Notes: a model not told the origin generated them from the sequence alone. A stretch of DNA of 64,000 nucleotides from a bacterium (GCA_018700055.1 JABISL010000038.1:19161-83160), one strand, 5' to 3'. Shown: positions 1 through 10,387, counted from the first letter of the stretch. A program made the numbers and translations.

Positions 1-62
1 TATATGGGTCATCAGACTACAAAGCCGCTATTTCTGGTCTGCAATCTCTAACCCAAGCCTAA
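1..62 (+). CDS. rpe: 3' end of a gene cut by the window edge, probably ribulose-phosphate 3-epimerase
   Basis: Frame from nt 3 reads YGSSDYKAAISGLQSLTQA* (TAA 60-62), resembling the Rpe C-terminus (GSAI[FY]GxxDYxxAIxxL). Only 19 codons are visible. Confidence 0.45.
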   Translation, partial: YGSSDYKAAISGLQSLTQA

Positions 63-79
63 TAAACTTCGGTTGATGT

Positions 80-400
80 TTATATTAAAGCTTCAAGTTC
101 TTCTGTAAAAGTATCTTCGGGTTTGAATCCTACGATACGTCCGGCTTCATGACCATCCTTGAAAACGATACAACAAGGAATGCCTGTGATTTGCATTTTT
201 TGTGCTGTCTGAGGACTTTCGTCTGTGTTTAATTTACATACTTTTACTTTACCTTCAAATGCAGTTGAAACGGATTCAACAATCGGCGCCAACATTCTGC
301 AAGGCCCACACCATTCCGCCCAAAAGTCGACAAGGACCGGGATAGAACTATTGAGTACTTCCTCTTGAAAATTAGCGTCATCTACTTTGTTTACAGCCAT
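80..400 (-). CDS. trxA: Thioredoxin
   Basis: DFWAEWCGPC active site, 106 aa, GGAGG SD upstream. Confidence 0.97.
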   Translation of the reverse strand: MAVNKVDDANFQEEVLNSSIPVLVDFWAEWCGPCRMLAPIVESVSTAFEGKVKVCKLNTDESPQTAQKMQITGIPCCIVFKDGHEAGRIVGFKPEDTFTEELEALI

Positions 401-496
401 GATATATCCTCCATCACCATTTATATAGGTGGTTATTATCTAAGTTATTCTATAGTTTAGTGGACAAGGTTACAGACAGTAAAGTGTTTGGAAGAC

Positions 497-632
497 TTAC
501 TGAAAAAGTGCCTCGTATTTATTTAGATAAGATTCCCTTTAACCTTCGGTAAAGATGAATCGCTTTCACTCGAAATAAATTCGAGTTCTCTCAGCCACAA
601 GCGCAAAAATTACTGAAAAAGTGCCTCGTATT
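497..632. repeat. 23-bp exact direct repeat TTACTGAAAAAGTGCCTCGTATT (497-519 and 610-632) flanking a 90-bp structured insert
   Basis: Read directly. The second copy is the last codons plus stop of dgt. Confidence 0.92.
527..604 (+). repeat. Structured dispersed repeat, copy A
   Basis: ATAAGAT start; hairpin GATTC..TTTAACC-TTCG-GTAAA..GAATC (531-561); hairpin ACTCGAA-ATAAA-TTCGAGT (568-586); tail TTCTCTCAGCCACAAGCGC. Similar to 52972, 7681 and 44889. Confidence 0.7.
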
Positions 633-1731
633 CTTTTATAGCGAAAGTATCAGTCATGCCGGCAATGTAGTCAGAAATGACACGTTCTTTAGGCTCGTTT
701 TTAATTCTTTCACGGTAGACTTGTGGGAGGAGTTTGGGATCGGATTGAAACGCTTTAAACAAATCTTCAATAACCAACTGCCCTTTTTTATTCATCCGGT
801 AGACTTCATGGTGTGTATAAAACTGAGTAAACAGAGTTTTTCTCAATTCTTTAGCTTCTTCTTTCATGGTTGAATCAAACGACACAACATCTTTTTTGAT
901 CTTTTGGAGATCATCAATTGTATTCAGGTCTAGTTCTTCAATCTTAGCTTTGGTTGTATCTACAACGTTCCGGATTTGAGATGAGATCAAGTAACTATTA
1001 ATCAAATATTTAAGCTCATGGTCTTCGAGGTTGCTATATTCCTCACGAATGTGCGCTTTTGCCTCACGCCAAAGCGTAACCTTCTTCTCAAGGTCACTAT
1101 CAGTCAAAATACCTGATGAAAGGCCATCGTCTAAATCATGATTGTTATAAGATATTTCATCCGCAAGATTCACTACTTCCGCTTCTAAAGAATTAAAGTC
1201 CAAGGTCATTCCCGGGTCATCATACGGTGACTTGTGTTTCATTAGCCCCGCTCGAATTTCAAACGATAGGTTCAATCCTGGAAATTGAGGGTATTTGCTC
1301 TCAAGAATATCCACTATGCGTAGGCTGTGAAGATTGTGTTCAAACCCACCATGACTTTCCATTAGAGTGTTTAGCGTGCGCTCTCCCGCATGTCCAAAAG
1401 GAGTGTGTCCTAAGTCATGAGCCAAGGCTATTGCTTCGCACACATCCTCATTTAAGCGTAGCATACGGCTTAAATGGCGCGATATCTGAGCCACTTCAAT
1501 ACTATGGGTTAATCGTGATCGAAAGTGGTCTGATTCGGTAGCAATAAACACTTGGGTCTTGTGCTTGAGTCTACGAAACGCCTTCGAATGGATTATGCGG
1601 TCACGATCACGTTGGAAACAAGTGCGATCTCCGGACGGCGGTTCTTCGAACCGTCGTCCTTTGGAGTGAATACTTTTGATAGCAAGGGGTGATAATGTCT
1701 CTACTTCTTGCTGTTCAAAAAATTCGCGCAC
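610..1731 (-). CDS. dgt: Deoxyguanosinetriphosphate triphosphohydrolase (HD domain)
   Basis: FQRDRDRIIHSKAFRRLKHKTQVF, RSRLTHS, AHDLGHTPFGHAGE, DYIAGMTD. Confidence 0.95.
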   Translation of the reverse strand: MREFFEQQEVETLSPLAIKSIHSKGRRFEEPPSGDRTCFQRDRDRIIHSKAFRRLKHKTQVFIATESDHFRSRLTHSIEVAQISRHLSRMLRLNEDVCEAIALAHDLGHTPFGHAGERTLNTLMESHGGFEHNLHSLRIVDILESKYPQFPGLNLSFEIRAGLMKHKSPYDDPGMTLDFNSLEAEVVNLADEISYNNHDLDDGLSSGILTDSDLEKKVTLWREAKAHIREEYSNLEDHELKYLINSYLISSQIRNVVDTTKAKIEELDLNTIDDLQKIKKDVVSFDSTMKEEAKELRKTLFTQFYTHHEVYRMNKKGQLVIEDLFKAFQSDPKLLPQVYRERIKNEPKERVISDYIAGMTDTFAIKEYEALFQ

Positions 1732-1743
1732 AGGGTGGTTAGC

Positions 1744-2553
1744 CTACCCGAGTGAATATCGTCGAAAGCCTTCTATCGTTACCCCTTCAGGTAAGATTTG
1801 TTTGATGGCTTTTTTGTCATCTTTAACAAAGCTTTGTTCCAATAAACATACTTCTTTATAGAATTTGTTGATTTTCCCTTCAACCATTTTGTCGATTACC
1901 TGAGCTGGCCGACCTTCGTTTTCCGCTTGTTTACGAATCACATCTTTTTCTTGGTCGATTTCGTCAGTTGGGACTTCTTCAGGTCGTGTATAAAGTGGGT
2001 TAAGTGCGGCCACTTGCATAGCAACATCTCTTCCTGTTTCATCTTCAATCGTTCCAGAAAATCCTACCAATACGCCAATCTTTCCGTTTTGGTGAATGTA
2101 GTCTGTGACTACGCCTTCGGTAACAAACCGTTCAAAGTTCCCTATCGTCAGATTTTCACCAACACGTGCAATTCCATCGGCAATAACGTCTTTTACAGTT
2201 TTGCCTCCAACTTCTATGCCGTCGATTGTTTCTGAAGTAATTCCATCAGTGTTAAGTACAACCTTTGCCAACTGGTTTCCCAATTGAATAAATGCGTCGT
2301 TGTTTCCTACAAAGTCAGTTTCACAATTTAGTTCTAGAATCGCGCCTGTATTTCCTGAAATCACAGTGAATACACGCCCTTCTTTAGTTTCTCTATCTGC
2401 TTTTTTTTCAGCTTTTGCAATTCCCTTTTCTCTAAGGTGCTTAATTGCAGCGTCCATATCGCCATTGGTTTCGGTTAGGGCTTTTTTACAGTCCATCATT
2501 CCTACGCCTGTTTTTTCTCTAAGTTCTTTTACCTGTGCTGCTGTAATACTCAT
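1744..2553 (-). CDS. tsf: Elongation factor Ts
   Basis: VKELREKTGVGMMDCKKAL and ELNCETDFV; follows rpsB. Confidence 0.98.
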   Translation of the reverse strand: MSITAAQVKELREKTGVGMMDCKKALTETNGDMDAAIKHLREKGIAKAEKKADRETKEGRVFTVISGNTGAILELNCETDFVGNNDAFIQLGNQLAKVVLNTDGITSETIDGIEVGGKTVKDVIADGIARVGENLTIGNFERFVTEGVVTDYIHQNGKIGVLVGFSGTIEDETGRDVAMQVAALNPLYTRPEEVPTDEIDQEKDVIRKQAENEGRPAQVIDKMVEGKINKFYKEVCLLEQSFVKDDKKAIKQILPEGVTIEGFRRYSLG

Positions 2554-2556
2554 CGT

Positions 2557-3408
2557 TTAGTTCGCTTTTTCTTTAACGTTTAATGTGTCAGCTACTTGGT
2601 CTACAGCTACGTGGCTGCCTTGGTCTTCTTGTGTATGAGATCCAGCTTCAACCGCATCCGCAACGACACTACAAATTAGCTTTACAGCTCGGATTGCGTC
2701 ATCGTTTCCTGGGATTGGGTAAGTCACTTCATTTGGATTTGCATTGGTGTCTACCAATCCAACTACCGGAATGCCCAATTTGTGTGCCTCTTGAATAGCT
2801 AGTTGCTCTTTTTGAGTATCAATAATGAAAATTGCCGCAGGCAGTGTGTTCATATCTTTGATTCCATCTAGGTAGAATTTAAGGCGTGTTAACGTCTTAG
2901 TTCGACGCGATGCTTCTTTCTTAGATAATGTGTCAAAAAGACCTTTTGCCATTTCGTCTTCATATTTTTTTAGCTTGTTGATGCTCTTTCTTATGGTAAC
3001 TCCGTTTGTTAGCGTTCCACCTAACCAACGTTGGTTGATGTAAGGCATTTTGCATCGTGTAGCTTCCGTAATAATGGCTTCTTGTGCTTGTTTCTTAGTA
3101 CCAACAAACAAAATTGTGCCACGGTTAGCGACTGTTTCTTTGATGAAATCGAAAGCCTTTTCACATAGTTTCAATGTTTGTTGAAGGTCAATGACGTGAA
3201 TGTCATTCCGTGATGTGAAGATATATTTTTTCATTTTAGGGTTCCATCGTCGTGTTTGGTGTCCAAAATGAACCCCACATTCCAATAGTTGCCGCATTGT
3301 CACTGGCCCGCTCTGCTTGTGTACCTTCGGCGCCTCTTTTGTTGGTGCTGAAGCTGGTTTTTTCACTTCCACCTTCGCTGTATTCTCCGTCGTCGTCTCA
3401 TTTGCCAT
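2557..3408 (-). CDS. rpsB: 30S ribosomal protein S2 (start revised to ATG 3408)
   Basis: GVHFGHQTRRWNPKM, RWLGGTLTN, PIPGNDDAIRA; AGGAGG SD 7 nt before ATG 3408. Confidence 0.97.
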   Translation of the reverse strand: MANETTTENTAKVEVKKPASAPTKEAPKVHKQSGPVTMRQLLECGVHFGHQTRRWNPKMKKYIFTSRNDIHVIDLQQTLKLCEKAFDFIKETVANRGTILFVGTKKQAQEAIITEATRCKMPYINQRWLGGTLTNGVTIRKSINKLKKYEDEMAKGLFDTLSKKEASRRTKTLTRLKFYLDGIKDMNTLPAAIFIIDTQKEQLAIQEAHKLGIPVVGLVDTNANPNEVTYPIPGNDDAIRAVKLICSVVADAVEAGSHTQEDQGSHVAVDQVADTLNVKEKAN

Positions 3409-3516
3409 GTTAAGTCCTCCTAATAATTTTTGTTTTTTCTGACCATCCAAATTTTCAATGGCGATTTGGATTGAATTACCCAGTCTTTAAAAGTGTCTGA
3501 GCTAGAATTAGAACTG

Positions 3517-3545
3517 AGTATAACTCGTGCGCAGAAAAAGGGCAA
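3517..3545 (-). promoter_or_regulatory. sigma70-type promoter of rpsB-tsf
   Basis: TTGCCC-17 nt-TATACT on the minus strand. Confidence 0.65.
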
Positions 3546-3588
3546 TACAGCTTAGCGTCTCGGCAGTTGGTCTGTTGATCCCTAATTA

Positions 3589-4950
3589 TTATTGAGGGCA
3601 ATATTTTTGGATGTCTTCGAGCGAACTAATCCATATGGGTGTAATTTTGCAAGTTTTAGGAACGTGTTTCCGGTTACGCTCAGGCACTAAACAGTGGGTG
3701 AACCCAAAACTTTCGAGCTCTTTGAGTCGTTTATCAATATTCGTTACCGGTCTAATTTCACCTGTTAAGCCAACTTCACCTATGACACCGGTGTGCTTAG
3801 GCAGTGGCGTTCCATTATGAGAGGATATAATCGCCATTATAATTGCCAAGTCTGTGGCTGTTTCTGTGATCTTTAGCCCGCCCACAACATTTAAAAAAAC
3901 ATCCATACCTTGTAGCTTAAGGCCCAGTCGCTTTTCGATTGTCGCCATGCTAAGTTGGGCTCGATTTGAGTCTACACCAACAAATGTCCTTTTTCCCATT
4001 CCATATCCCGTTTCAACCACTAGCGCTTGAATCTCAGTTAAAATAGCGCGACTTCCTTCCATAATCGGTGCCACTACAGAGCCTGGGCTTGCCAATGTAG
4101 TTGGGTCCATAAATAGCTCCGATAAGGAGGTTGCATCTTCAAGTCCTTTGTCATTCATCTGCATAACTGCAATTTCATTCGTATTCGCATAGCGGTTTTT
4201 CATGGATCGAATAATTCTTAGTTCCTGGGTACGTTCCCCTTCAAAGTTCATGATGACATCTACTAAATGCTCCAGTACTTTGGGTCCAGCTAAATGACCA
4301 TCTTTGGTGATATGACCAATAATAATTCCTATTGAATTATGGTATTTTACCGCCTCAATGATCTCCATCGCACACTGACGAACTTGGTTAACGGTCCCCG
4401 ATGTACCGCCTAATTCGGGGTGATTTAGCACCTGAATCGAGTCAATGATAATCAAATCCGGCTTCATTTTCTCAAACGCCTGTAATACATTTAGGCAATT
4501 GTGCTCTGAAAGAACATAAAGCGATTCTGTTTTTCCATTCAGTCGCTGCGCTCTTAGGCTAATTTGTTTTTCAGATTCTTCGCCACTGACATACAGGACT
4601 TTTAACCCTCTCTTGCTTAGGTTAATTCCCATCTGTAAGCAAAGCGTCGACTTTCCAATGCCTGGCTCCCCGCCCATTAAAGTTACGGACCCTTTAACCA
4701 GACCGGTCCCCAAAACCCTATCCACTTCTTTTATATTCGTAGATACGACCTCATCTGGCGTGATATCAATACTAGAAATCGACTGGGGGGCTTTCGTCGT
4801 CCGCGGCGCTGTGTTCAATGTCTTTTTCTTACTCGGGGCATTTACCTCAAGCAGGGCGTTCCAGGCCGAACACTCCGTGCATTGCCCTAGCCATCTAGGA
4901 AACGTTGCATGGCACTCTACGCACTCGTATTGAACTTTTGTTGTGGCCAT
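3589..4950 (-). CDS. radA: DNA repair protein RadA/Sms
   Basis: N-terminal C4 zinc finger, GEPGIGKST, KNRY motif, Lon-like C-terminus GEVGLTGEIR. Confidence 0.96.
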   Translation of the reverse strand: MATTKVQYECVECHATFPRWLGQCTECSAWNALLEVNAPSKKKTLNTAPRTTKAPQSISSIDITPDEVVSTNIKEVDRVLGTGLVKGSVTLMGGEPGIGKSTLCLQMGINLSKRGLKVLYVSGEESEKQISLRAQRLNGKTESLYVLSEHNCLNVLQAFEKMKPDLIIIDSIQVLNHPELGGTSGTVNQVRQCAMEIIEAVKYHNSIGIIIGHITKDGHLAGPKVLEHLVDVIMNFEGERTQELRIIRSMKNRYANTNEIAVMQMNDKGLEDATSLSELFMDPTTLASPGSVVAPIMEGSRAILTEIQALVVETGYGMGKRTFVGVDSNRAQLSMATIEKRLGLKLQGMDVFLNVVGGLKITETATDLAIIMAIISSHNGTPLPKHTGVIGEVGLTGEIRPVTNIDKRLKELESFGFTHCLVPERNRKHVPKTCKITPIWISSLEDIQKYCPQ

Positions 4951-4958
4951 TCTTAAGA

Positions 4959-7493
4959 TTAAGCGGTTGCGAGTTGTTTTTGTTTCGGTTTAGCGCGTGA
5001 CGTCGAATGCGTTGGCTTTCTTTTTGATTCTTTTTTGGGCTGACTTTCCATTCTTTTTTTAACTTCTGCTTTGGTCAGCTTTTTGATATCAAACTCAATT
5101 CTATCTTTCTTGAGTTGGGCCGTTACCGAAATACTAGATCGGAGTCCATGGGTCAAAATATCATCTGCTAAACGATCTTCGAAATGCTCTTGGATCGCAC
5201 GCCTAAGGGGTCTAGCACCTTGTTTTTGGTTGTACCCATTCTCCACAAGGAAGGTTTCGACTTTTTTATCCCACTTAATAAACATTTGTTTATCAATTAA
5301 TCTATTCTTAACTTCTGTTAGCATTTTCCCAACAATGACACTGATACTGTCTTTTTGAAGCGGTCTGAAGATAACAGTGTCGTCGATTCTGTTCAAAAAT
5401 TCTGGCTTAAATTCGCGATGGAGTTCGTCAGTAATTTTGGCTTTGATTCCTTCAAATTGGTGCTCTTCTTCATTGTCGTTAGTCGTAAACCCAAATGACG
5501 AATCGGTTTGAATAAACTTGGCCCCTACGTTGGAGGTCATAATGATGATTGTGTTTTTGAAGTTAACTGTTCGGCCATTCGAATCCGTTAATCGTCCATC
5601 TTCTAATACTTGAAGCAAGATATTAATGACATCGGGATGTGCTTTTTCCAATTCGTCGAAAAGAACAATAGAATACGGTCTTCGTCTTACTGGCTCAGAC
5701 AATTGTCCACCCTCATTGTAGCCCACATACCCTGGTGGGGATCCAATCAGGCGAGAAACAGTATGGCGTTCCATATACTCAGACATGTCTATTCGGATCA
5801 TGGATTCACGGCTACCAAATAAATAATCTGCCAATATTTTGGCCAGCTCTGATTTTCCTACGCCTGTAGGTCCTAAAAACAAGAACGATCCTGTCGGTCG
5901 ATTTGGATCTTTTAGACCAATTTTGGCTCGTTTTACGGCTCTAACTATGGAGGTAACTGCATCGTCTTGCCCTACGAGAGATCGCTTAATTTCTTCTTCC
6001 ATTTTCACTAGTCTGTTGGTTTCTTCTAGAGAAATTTTGGTTACTGGAACGCCTGTCCATACCGCGACTACTTCCGCAATAGTATGTGGTGTGACTACCT
6101 TATTAAGCATCTCGCGTTGTTCTTTAGGAAACTTTAGGAAGGCTTCTTTTAGTTCTTTTTCTTTTTTAATAAGAACTTCTTTTAGAGTTTCATCATTCTT
6201 TTTCTTAGCAATTTCAAGCTCTTTTTTGGTTTGTTTCATGTCGTCATGAATCGTTTTTAATTCTTGCGGAGCACGTGATGCTTTCAACATTATTTTTGAG
6301 GCGGCTTCGTCGATTAGATCTACGGCCTTATCCGGAAGCTGTCGATCCGTAATATAACGCGTTGATAAGGTCACTGCTTCTTCTAACGATTCATCTGTGA
6401 TTGTTACATCATGAAACTCTTCGTAACGCTCCTTGATTCCTCTTAATATTTCTACTGATTCCTCAGCTGAAGGCTCTTCAATTAATACAGATTGGAATCG
6501 ACGTTCTAGTGCACCGTCGCCCTCAATATGTTTTCTATATTCATCGAGGGTTGTTGCACCAATACATTGAAGTTCTCCCCTAGCTAGCGCTGGTTTGAAC
6601 AGATTGGCTGCATCTAAACTTCCCTCTGAGCTACCAGTTCCAATAATCGTGTGTAGCTCATCTATAAAGAGGATGATGTTCTGAGCCTTACGTACTTCTT
6701 CCATTATTTTTTTGACGCGATCTTCAAACTCGCCTCTATATTTGGTTCCTGCAACAAGTAGTCCTAGATCCAAAGTAATCACACGCTTTGAAAATAGTTT
6801 TTCAGGCACTTCGCCCTTTTGAATGCGTTGAGAAAGCCCTTCTACAACTGCCGTTTTTCCTACGCCGGGTTCTCCTGTTAAAACAGGGTTGTTTTTGGTC
6901 CGTCGGCTTAATATCTGGATAATGCGTTCTATTTCGTTTTCTCTACCTATAACGGGATCCAATGTTCCTTCTTTGGCCAATCGAGTCAGGTCGCGTCCAT
7001 ATAGGTCTACTGTGGGGGTTGGTACTGAACTTACAATTTTTTGACTCGATTCAACCTTATCGCCAAGTGTACTAAAGAGGGTTTCCTTAAACCGTGCTGA
7101 CGTAAGGCCTAACTCGGCTAATACTCGTGCGGCAATACTTGTCGGGTCTCTAAAAATTGACAGAAATAAATGCTCAACGTTTACGTAGTTGTGTCCAAGT
7201 TTTCGAGCCTCGTCCCAGGCGTTGGTTAATACTTGCTTAGCCTGCTGAGTAAATGGAATATTAGATGCATCTGCTGATAAGCCGCCATATTCTAATCGCT
7301 CTTCTATGGATAGCTTGATCTGATCTATCGTTATATTTAGCTCGTGAAGAGACTTAATGACAACATTGTTGCCCTCACCTATGATTCCGAGGAGAATGTG
7401 CTCTGTGCCCACGTAACTGTGATGAAACCGCTTGGCCTCTTCTTGAGCGAGCATAATGGCTTGAATTGCTTTTTCTGTAAATCGTGAAAACAT
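4959..7493 (-). CDS. clpC: ATP-dependent Clp protease ATPase ClpC
   Basis: MFSRFTEKA Clp-N repeats and two AAA+ modules ([16 protein letters not shown]); clpC-radA order. Confidence 0.95.
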   Translation of the reverse strand: MFSRFTEKAIQAIMLAQEEAKRFHHSYVGTEHILLGIIGEGNNVVIKSLHELNITIDQIKLSIEERLEYGGLSADASNIPFTQQAKQVLTNAWDEARKLGHNYVNVEHLFLSIFRDPTSIAARVLAELGLTSARFKETLFSTLGDKVESSQKIVSSVPTPTVDLYGRDLTRLAKEGTLDPVIGRENEIERIIQILSRRTKNNPVLTGEPGVGKTAVVEGLSQRIQKGEVPEKLFSKRVITLDLGLLVAGTKYRGEFEDRVKKIMEEVRKAQNIILFIDELHTIIGTGSSEGSLDAANLFKPALARGELQCIGATTLDEYRKHIEGDGALERRFQSVLIEEPSAEESVEILRGIKERYEEFHDVTITDESLEEAVTLSTRYITDRQLPDKAVDLIDEAASKIMLKASRAPQELKTIHDDMKQTKKELEIAKKKNDETLKEVLIKKEKELKEAFLKFPKEQREMLNKVVTPHTIAEVVAVWTGVPVTKISLEETNRLVKMEEEIKRSLVGQDDAVTSIVRAVKRAKIGLKDPNRPTGSFLFLGPTGVGKSELAKILADYLFGSRESMIRIDMSEYMERHTVSRLIGSPPGYVGYNEGGQLSEPVRRRPYSIVLFDELEKAHPDVINILLQVLEDGRLTDSNGRTVNFKNTIIIMTSNVGAKFIQTDSSFGFTTNDNEEEHQFEGIKAKITDELHREFKPEFLNRIDDTVIFRPLQKDSISVIVGKMLTEVKNRLIDKQMFIKWDKKVETFLVENGYNQKQGARPLRRAIQEHFEDRLADDILTHGLRSSISVTAQLKKDRIEFDIKKLTKAEVKKRMESQPKKESKRKPTHSTSRAKPKQKQLATA

Positions 7494-7680
7494 TTACTTT
7501 TCCCCTTTCTTAAACTTCTATATTATTGGACTTAGGTTTCTCATAGTGAGTATTGACTAGCTAGTTATATGGTCGATCAAAACAACTATTTTGATGAGCT
7601 TAAATTGCATGTGATACCTCTATGTCTTCCTATTTATTTTAGCTTACGTCGGATAGTAAAAGATAGTCGTTTCTTTTTCA

Positions 7681-7761
7681 ATAAGATTCAGACCCATCTT
7701 TAAGGGCGGACACTAATCACGGAAACGCGAAATAATCTCGTATTCCCTCAGCCGCTGGCGC
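7681..7761 (+). repeat. Structured dispersed repeat, copy C (diverged); a second ATAAGATCCAC start follows at 7774
   Basis: ATAAGATTC start, imperfect hairpin GGAAACGCGA-AATAA-TCTCGTATTCC, tail TTCCCTCAGCCGCTGGCGC matching copy A. Confidence 0.55.
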
Positions 7762-7964
7762 TATATATATTTAATAAGATCCACAAACGTCTTTTGGTCC
7801 ATAGAAGTCTTATTATGTATAAAATGCATCAACTTCGAAAAAAATACACCATACTCATTAAATGCAAATAACCAGTCCGTACAGTACAACACCTACTTTT
7901 AAATTAATATACATGAAGAAATATCGATATATTCCTACCTATATTAATAACTCTCATTTCCATT

Positions 7965-7980
7965 TGTTTCACGTGAAACA
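7965..7980. promoter_or_regulatory. parS: parS site 1
   Basis: Perfect palindrome TGTTTCACGTGAAACA. Confidence 0.95.
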
Positions 7981-8093
7981 TTACCCATGTCTTATACATG
8001 TAGTTTTTCTGTTGTATTTGTGTGTGTTACCATGATATTAGTATATATTTACGCCCAACCATCGCATAGCTCCCTACTCTTTTCATAAAAACA

Positions 8094-8109
8094 TGTTTCA
8101 CGTGAAACA
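8094..8109. promoter_or_regulatory. parS: parS site 2
   Basis: Perfect palindrome TGTTTCACGTGAAACA. Confidence 0.95.
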
Positions 8110-8191
8110 TTTGCACCATCACAAAAAAGTATACATGAGAGAAATTCGATATATTGAGCTTGTTTTCGTCTCTTCCTATTACAAATTTATT

Positions 8192-8200
8192 TGCTATAAT
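8192..8200 (+). promoter_or_regulatory. Extended -10 promoter of parA, 6 nt before GTG (leaderless candidate)
   Basis: TGcTATAAT 8192-8200, GTG at 8207, no SD. Confidence 0.65.
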
Positions 8201-8206
8201 GGTCTT

Positions 8207-8974
8207 GTGTCTGGACAAATAATTGCTATTGTTAATCAAAAAGGTGGTGTAGGAAAAACAACCACATCCATTAATCTATCTTCTTTTCTTGGTGAAATGG
8301 GGCATAAGGTTCTTTTGGTTGACTTCGATCCTCAAGCAAATGCAACATCTGGAATAGGGCTTCGGGGAGATCAAATTAAAAAACATTCTTATCATTTATT
8401 AGATTCCAACCAGGATGTTTCGGAAGTTCTTTACCCCACCCCCTTCCAAAATCTACACATCCTTCCCGCAACCCAAGATTTGGCGGGGGCAGAAGTAGAG
8501 CTATCCAACATGGTTTCACGTGAAACAATACTTAAAGACCGTCTCCGTCCACTGCTCGACTACTATGACTATATTATTATCGACTGTGCGCCATCCCTAG
8601 GGCTATTAACCGTTAACGCTCTTTGTGCGGCCCACCAATGCCTAATCCCTGTTCAGTGTGAATACTACGCTCTCGAGGGCATTGCAGGCCTCCTTAAAAC
8701 ACTTGAGCTTGTTAAGGGTGGGCTCAACCCTATGCTTCGTATCATAGGGATCGTTCTTACAATGTATGACTCTCGCACATCATTGAATCGACAGGTCATT
8801 GATAATGCACGCGCCTATTTTAAAGGACTTGTGTTTGACAGTGTTATTCCCAGGAATATTCGCCTAGCTGAGGCGCCCAGCCATGGATTACCTATCTTAC
8901 TTTATAGCGCCTCTTCAACAGGTTCTCTAGCTTATTCAAACTTAGCTAAGGAGTTTATTCAACGTGTCCAATAA
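8207..8974 (+). CDS. parA: Chromosome partitioning ATPase ParA/Soj (start revised to GTG 8207)
   Basis: IIAIVNQKGGVGKTTT, DFDPQANAT, PVQCEYYALEG, IPRNIRLAEAPSHG. The upstream MFHVKH extension is just parS read as codons. Confidence 0.95.
   Translation: MSGQIIAIVNQKGGVGKTTTSINLSSFLGEMGHKVLLVDFDPQANATSGIGLRGDQIKKHSYHLLDSNQDVSEVLYPTPFQNLHILPATQDLAGAEVELSNMVSRETILKDRLRPLLDYYDYIIIDCAPSLGLLTVNALCAAHQCLIPVQCEYYALEGIAGLLKTLELVKGGLNPMLRIIGIVLTMYDSRTSLNRQVIDNARAYFKGLVFDSVIPRNIRLAEAPSHGLPILLYSASSTGSLAYSNLAKEFIQRVQ
8512..8527. promoter_or_regulatory. parS: parS site 3, inside parA
   Basis: GGTTTCACGTGAAACA (15/16 match), encoding VSRET. Confidence 0.8.
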
Positions 8975-9833
8975 TACAACATCTCGTTTAGGAAAAGGCC
9001 TAGAGGCCTTGATCCCCTCCATCTCTATGACAACCCAAACAAAAGACTCCACTGATGGATCTTATAAATCAATCCCCATAAAATCTATTTCACCCAATCC
9101 GTTTCAGCCACGTCTACATTTCGATCCCGAATCCATATCTCATCTGGCAGACTCCATTCGCCAGCATGGTTTAACCCAACCAATTGTTGTTCGAGTCATA
9201 AATAATGGCTATGAATTGGTCGCTGGTGAGCGTAGGTTTCGCGCTTGTGGACTAGCGGGACTAGATGAGGTTCCAGCAATAATTAAATCAATAAATGATA
9301 AGGACTCCCTACAACTCGCCCTGATTGAGAATCTTGAGAGGGAAGATTTAAATCCAATAGAAATTGCAAAAGGGTATCAGCGCTTAATTATTGAGTTTGA
9401 TGTCACACACGAAACAGTGGGCACCCTGTTCGGCAAAAGCCGCGCATCTGTTAGCAATACATTACGGCTCTTAAAGCTACCTGAAGCAATCCAAGGAAAA
9501 GTTAGTTCTGGCGCTATAAGCGAAGGTCACGCACGAACATTGTTGTCGTTGGATTCAGATACAAAAATTGACTCTGTTGTAGAGCAGGTCATTTCTCAAA
9601 AAATGAGCGTTCGCGATACAGAGACCTTGGTGACGAATACCTTGCCTAAAAAGAAAGAGTCTAAATCGAATTCTGATAAATATCAGCCAAATCGGTGGTA
9701 TGAGATACAGGCTATTTTATCTGATAAGTTAAAGTCAAAGGTGTCTGTTAAGGGCGCGCGAGGTAAGGGAAAAATTGAAATACAATTTAACTCTTCTGAT
9801 GACATTGAGCGACTATTTAATCTTCTTCAATAA
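8964..9833 (+). CDS. parB: Chromosome partitioning protein ParB/Spo0J
   Basis: RLGKGLEALI, PNPFQPR, AGERRFRA, ALIENLEREDL, HTH KSRASVSNTLRLL. Confidence 0.97.
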   Translation: MSNNTTSRLGKGLEALIPSISMTTQTKDSTDGSYKSIPIKSISPNPFQPRLHFDPESISHLADSIRQHGLTQPIVVRVINNGYELVAGERRFRACGLAGLDEVPAIIKSINDKDSLQLALIENLEREDLNPIEIAKGYQRLIIEFDVTHETVGTLFGKSRASVSNTLRLLKLPEAIQGKVSSGAISEGHARTLLSLDSDTKIDSVVEQVISQKMSVRDTETLVTNTLPKKKESKSNSDKYQPNRWYEIQAILSDKLKSKVSVKGARGKGKIEIQFNSSDDIERLFNLLQ

Positions 9834-9835
9834 CC

Positions 9836-10387
9836 TTATATATTCTGCTTAAAATAGATAAAATTGTTACTTTTTGTTACTTTTGTTATCAAATCAGTGC
9901 TTTTTAGATCATATTCCAATACTTGTTTTTGAGTGATCGGCACCAATAAATACGATTCCTTAAGAATTGGCATTTTTTGGGCGATTTTGATCACTTTTGG
10001 TAGTTTAGCGAACGCTTTTGCAGTTAAAACGTCAATTTTATCTATTTTTCTATTCGCATACTCCTGAGTATCCCCATCGAATACATTATAGTTCTCTAGA
10101 TCTAAAGTTTCTTTAGCTTGCTTAAGAAATGTCCTCTTTTTTCCCTTTGACTCAATTGCCCATATTTTATTATTGGGATTCATAATCGCCAGTATAATGG
10201 ATGGTAGCCCCGAACCTGAGCCCATGTCCGCTATCGTTATAGATGTGTTACCTATAAGCTCTGCCATATTTTGGCTATCTTCTATATGAAAATCTAGGTG
10301 TGGGTATGCATTTTTGGAATAAATGTTAACTGAGTCATTATAATCCTTGAGTAATGCGATGTAGTCTTTAATTTTTTGTGTGCTCAT
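9836..10387 (-). CDS. rsmG: 16S rRNA m7G527 methyltransferase RsmG (GidB)
   Basis: HIEDS, DMGSGSGLPSI, IESKGKK; start overlaps the mnmG stop. Confidence 0.9.
   Translation of the reverse strand: MSTQKIKDYIALLKDYNDSVNIYSKNAYPHLDFHIEDSQNMAELIGNTSITIADMGSGSGLPSIILAIMNPNNKIWAIESKGKKRTFLKQAKETLDLENYNVFDGDTQEYANRKIDKIDVLTAKAFAKLPKVIKIAQKMPILKESYLLVPITQKQVLEYDLKSTDLITKVTKSNNFIYFKQNI

Noticed and set aside
497-632. CRISPR mini-array
   Set aside because: Only two repeats, a 90-bp spacer, the repeat is coding sequence, and there are no cas genes.
7569-7703. 44-codon ORF and a 7-bp inverted repeat ATCAAAA-N6-TTTTGAT (7576-7595) upstream of clpC
   Set aside because: No SD or recognisable motif; the repeat does not match CtsR or CIRCE boxes and could arise by chance in AT-rich DNA.
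8027-8239. Minus-strand 70-aa ORF and the MFHVKH N-terminal extension of ParA
   Set aside because: Both contain MFHVKH only because the parS palindrome reads that way on either strand. ParA homology starts at GTG 8207.
9401-9416. parS-like TGTCACACACGAAACA inside parB
   Set aside because: Four mismatches, including the central CACGTG; explained by coding for VTHET.
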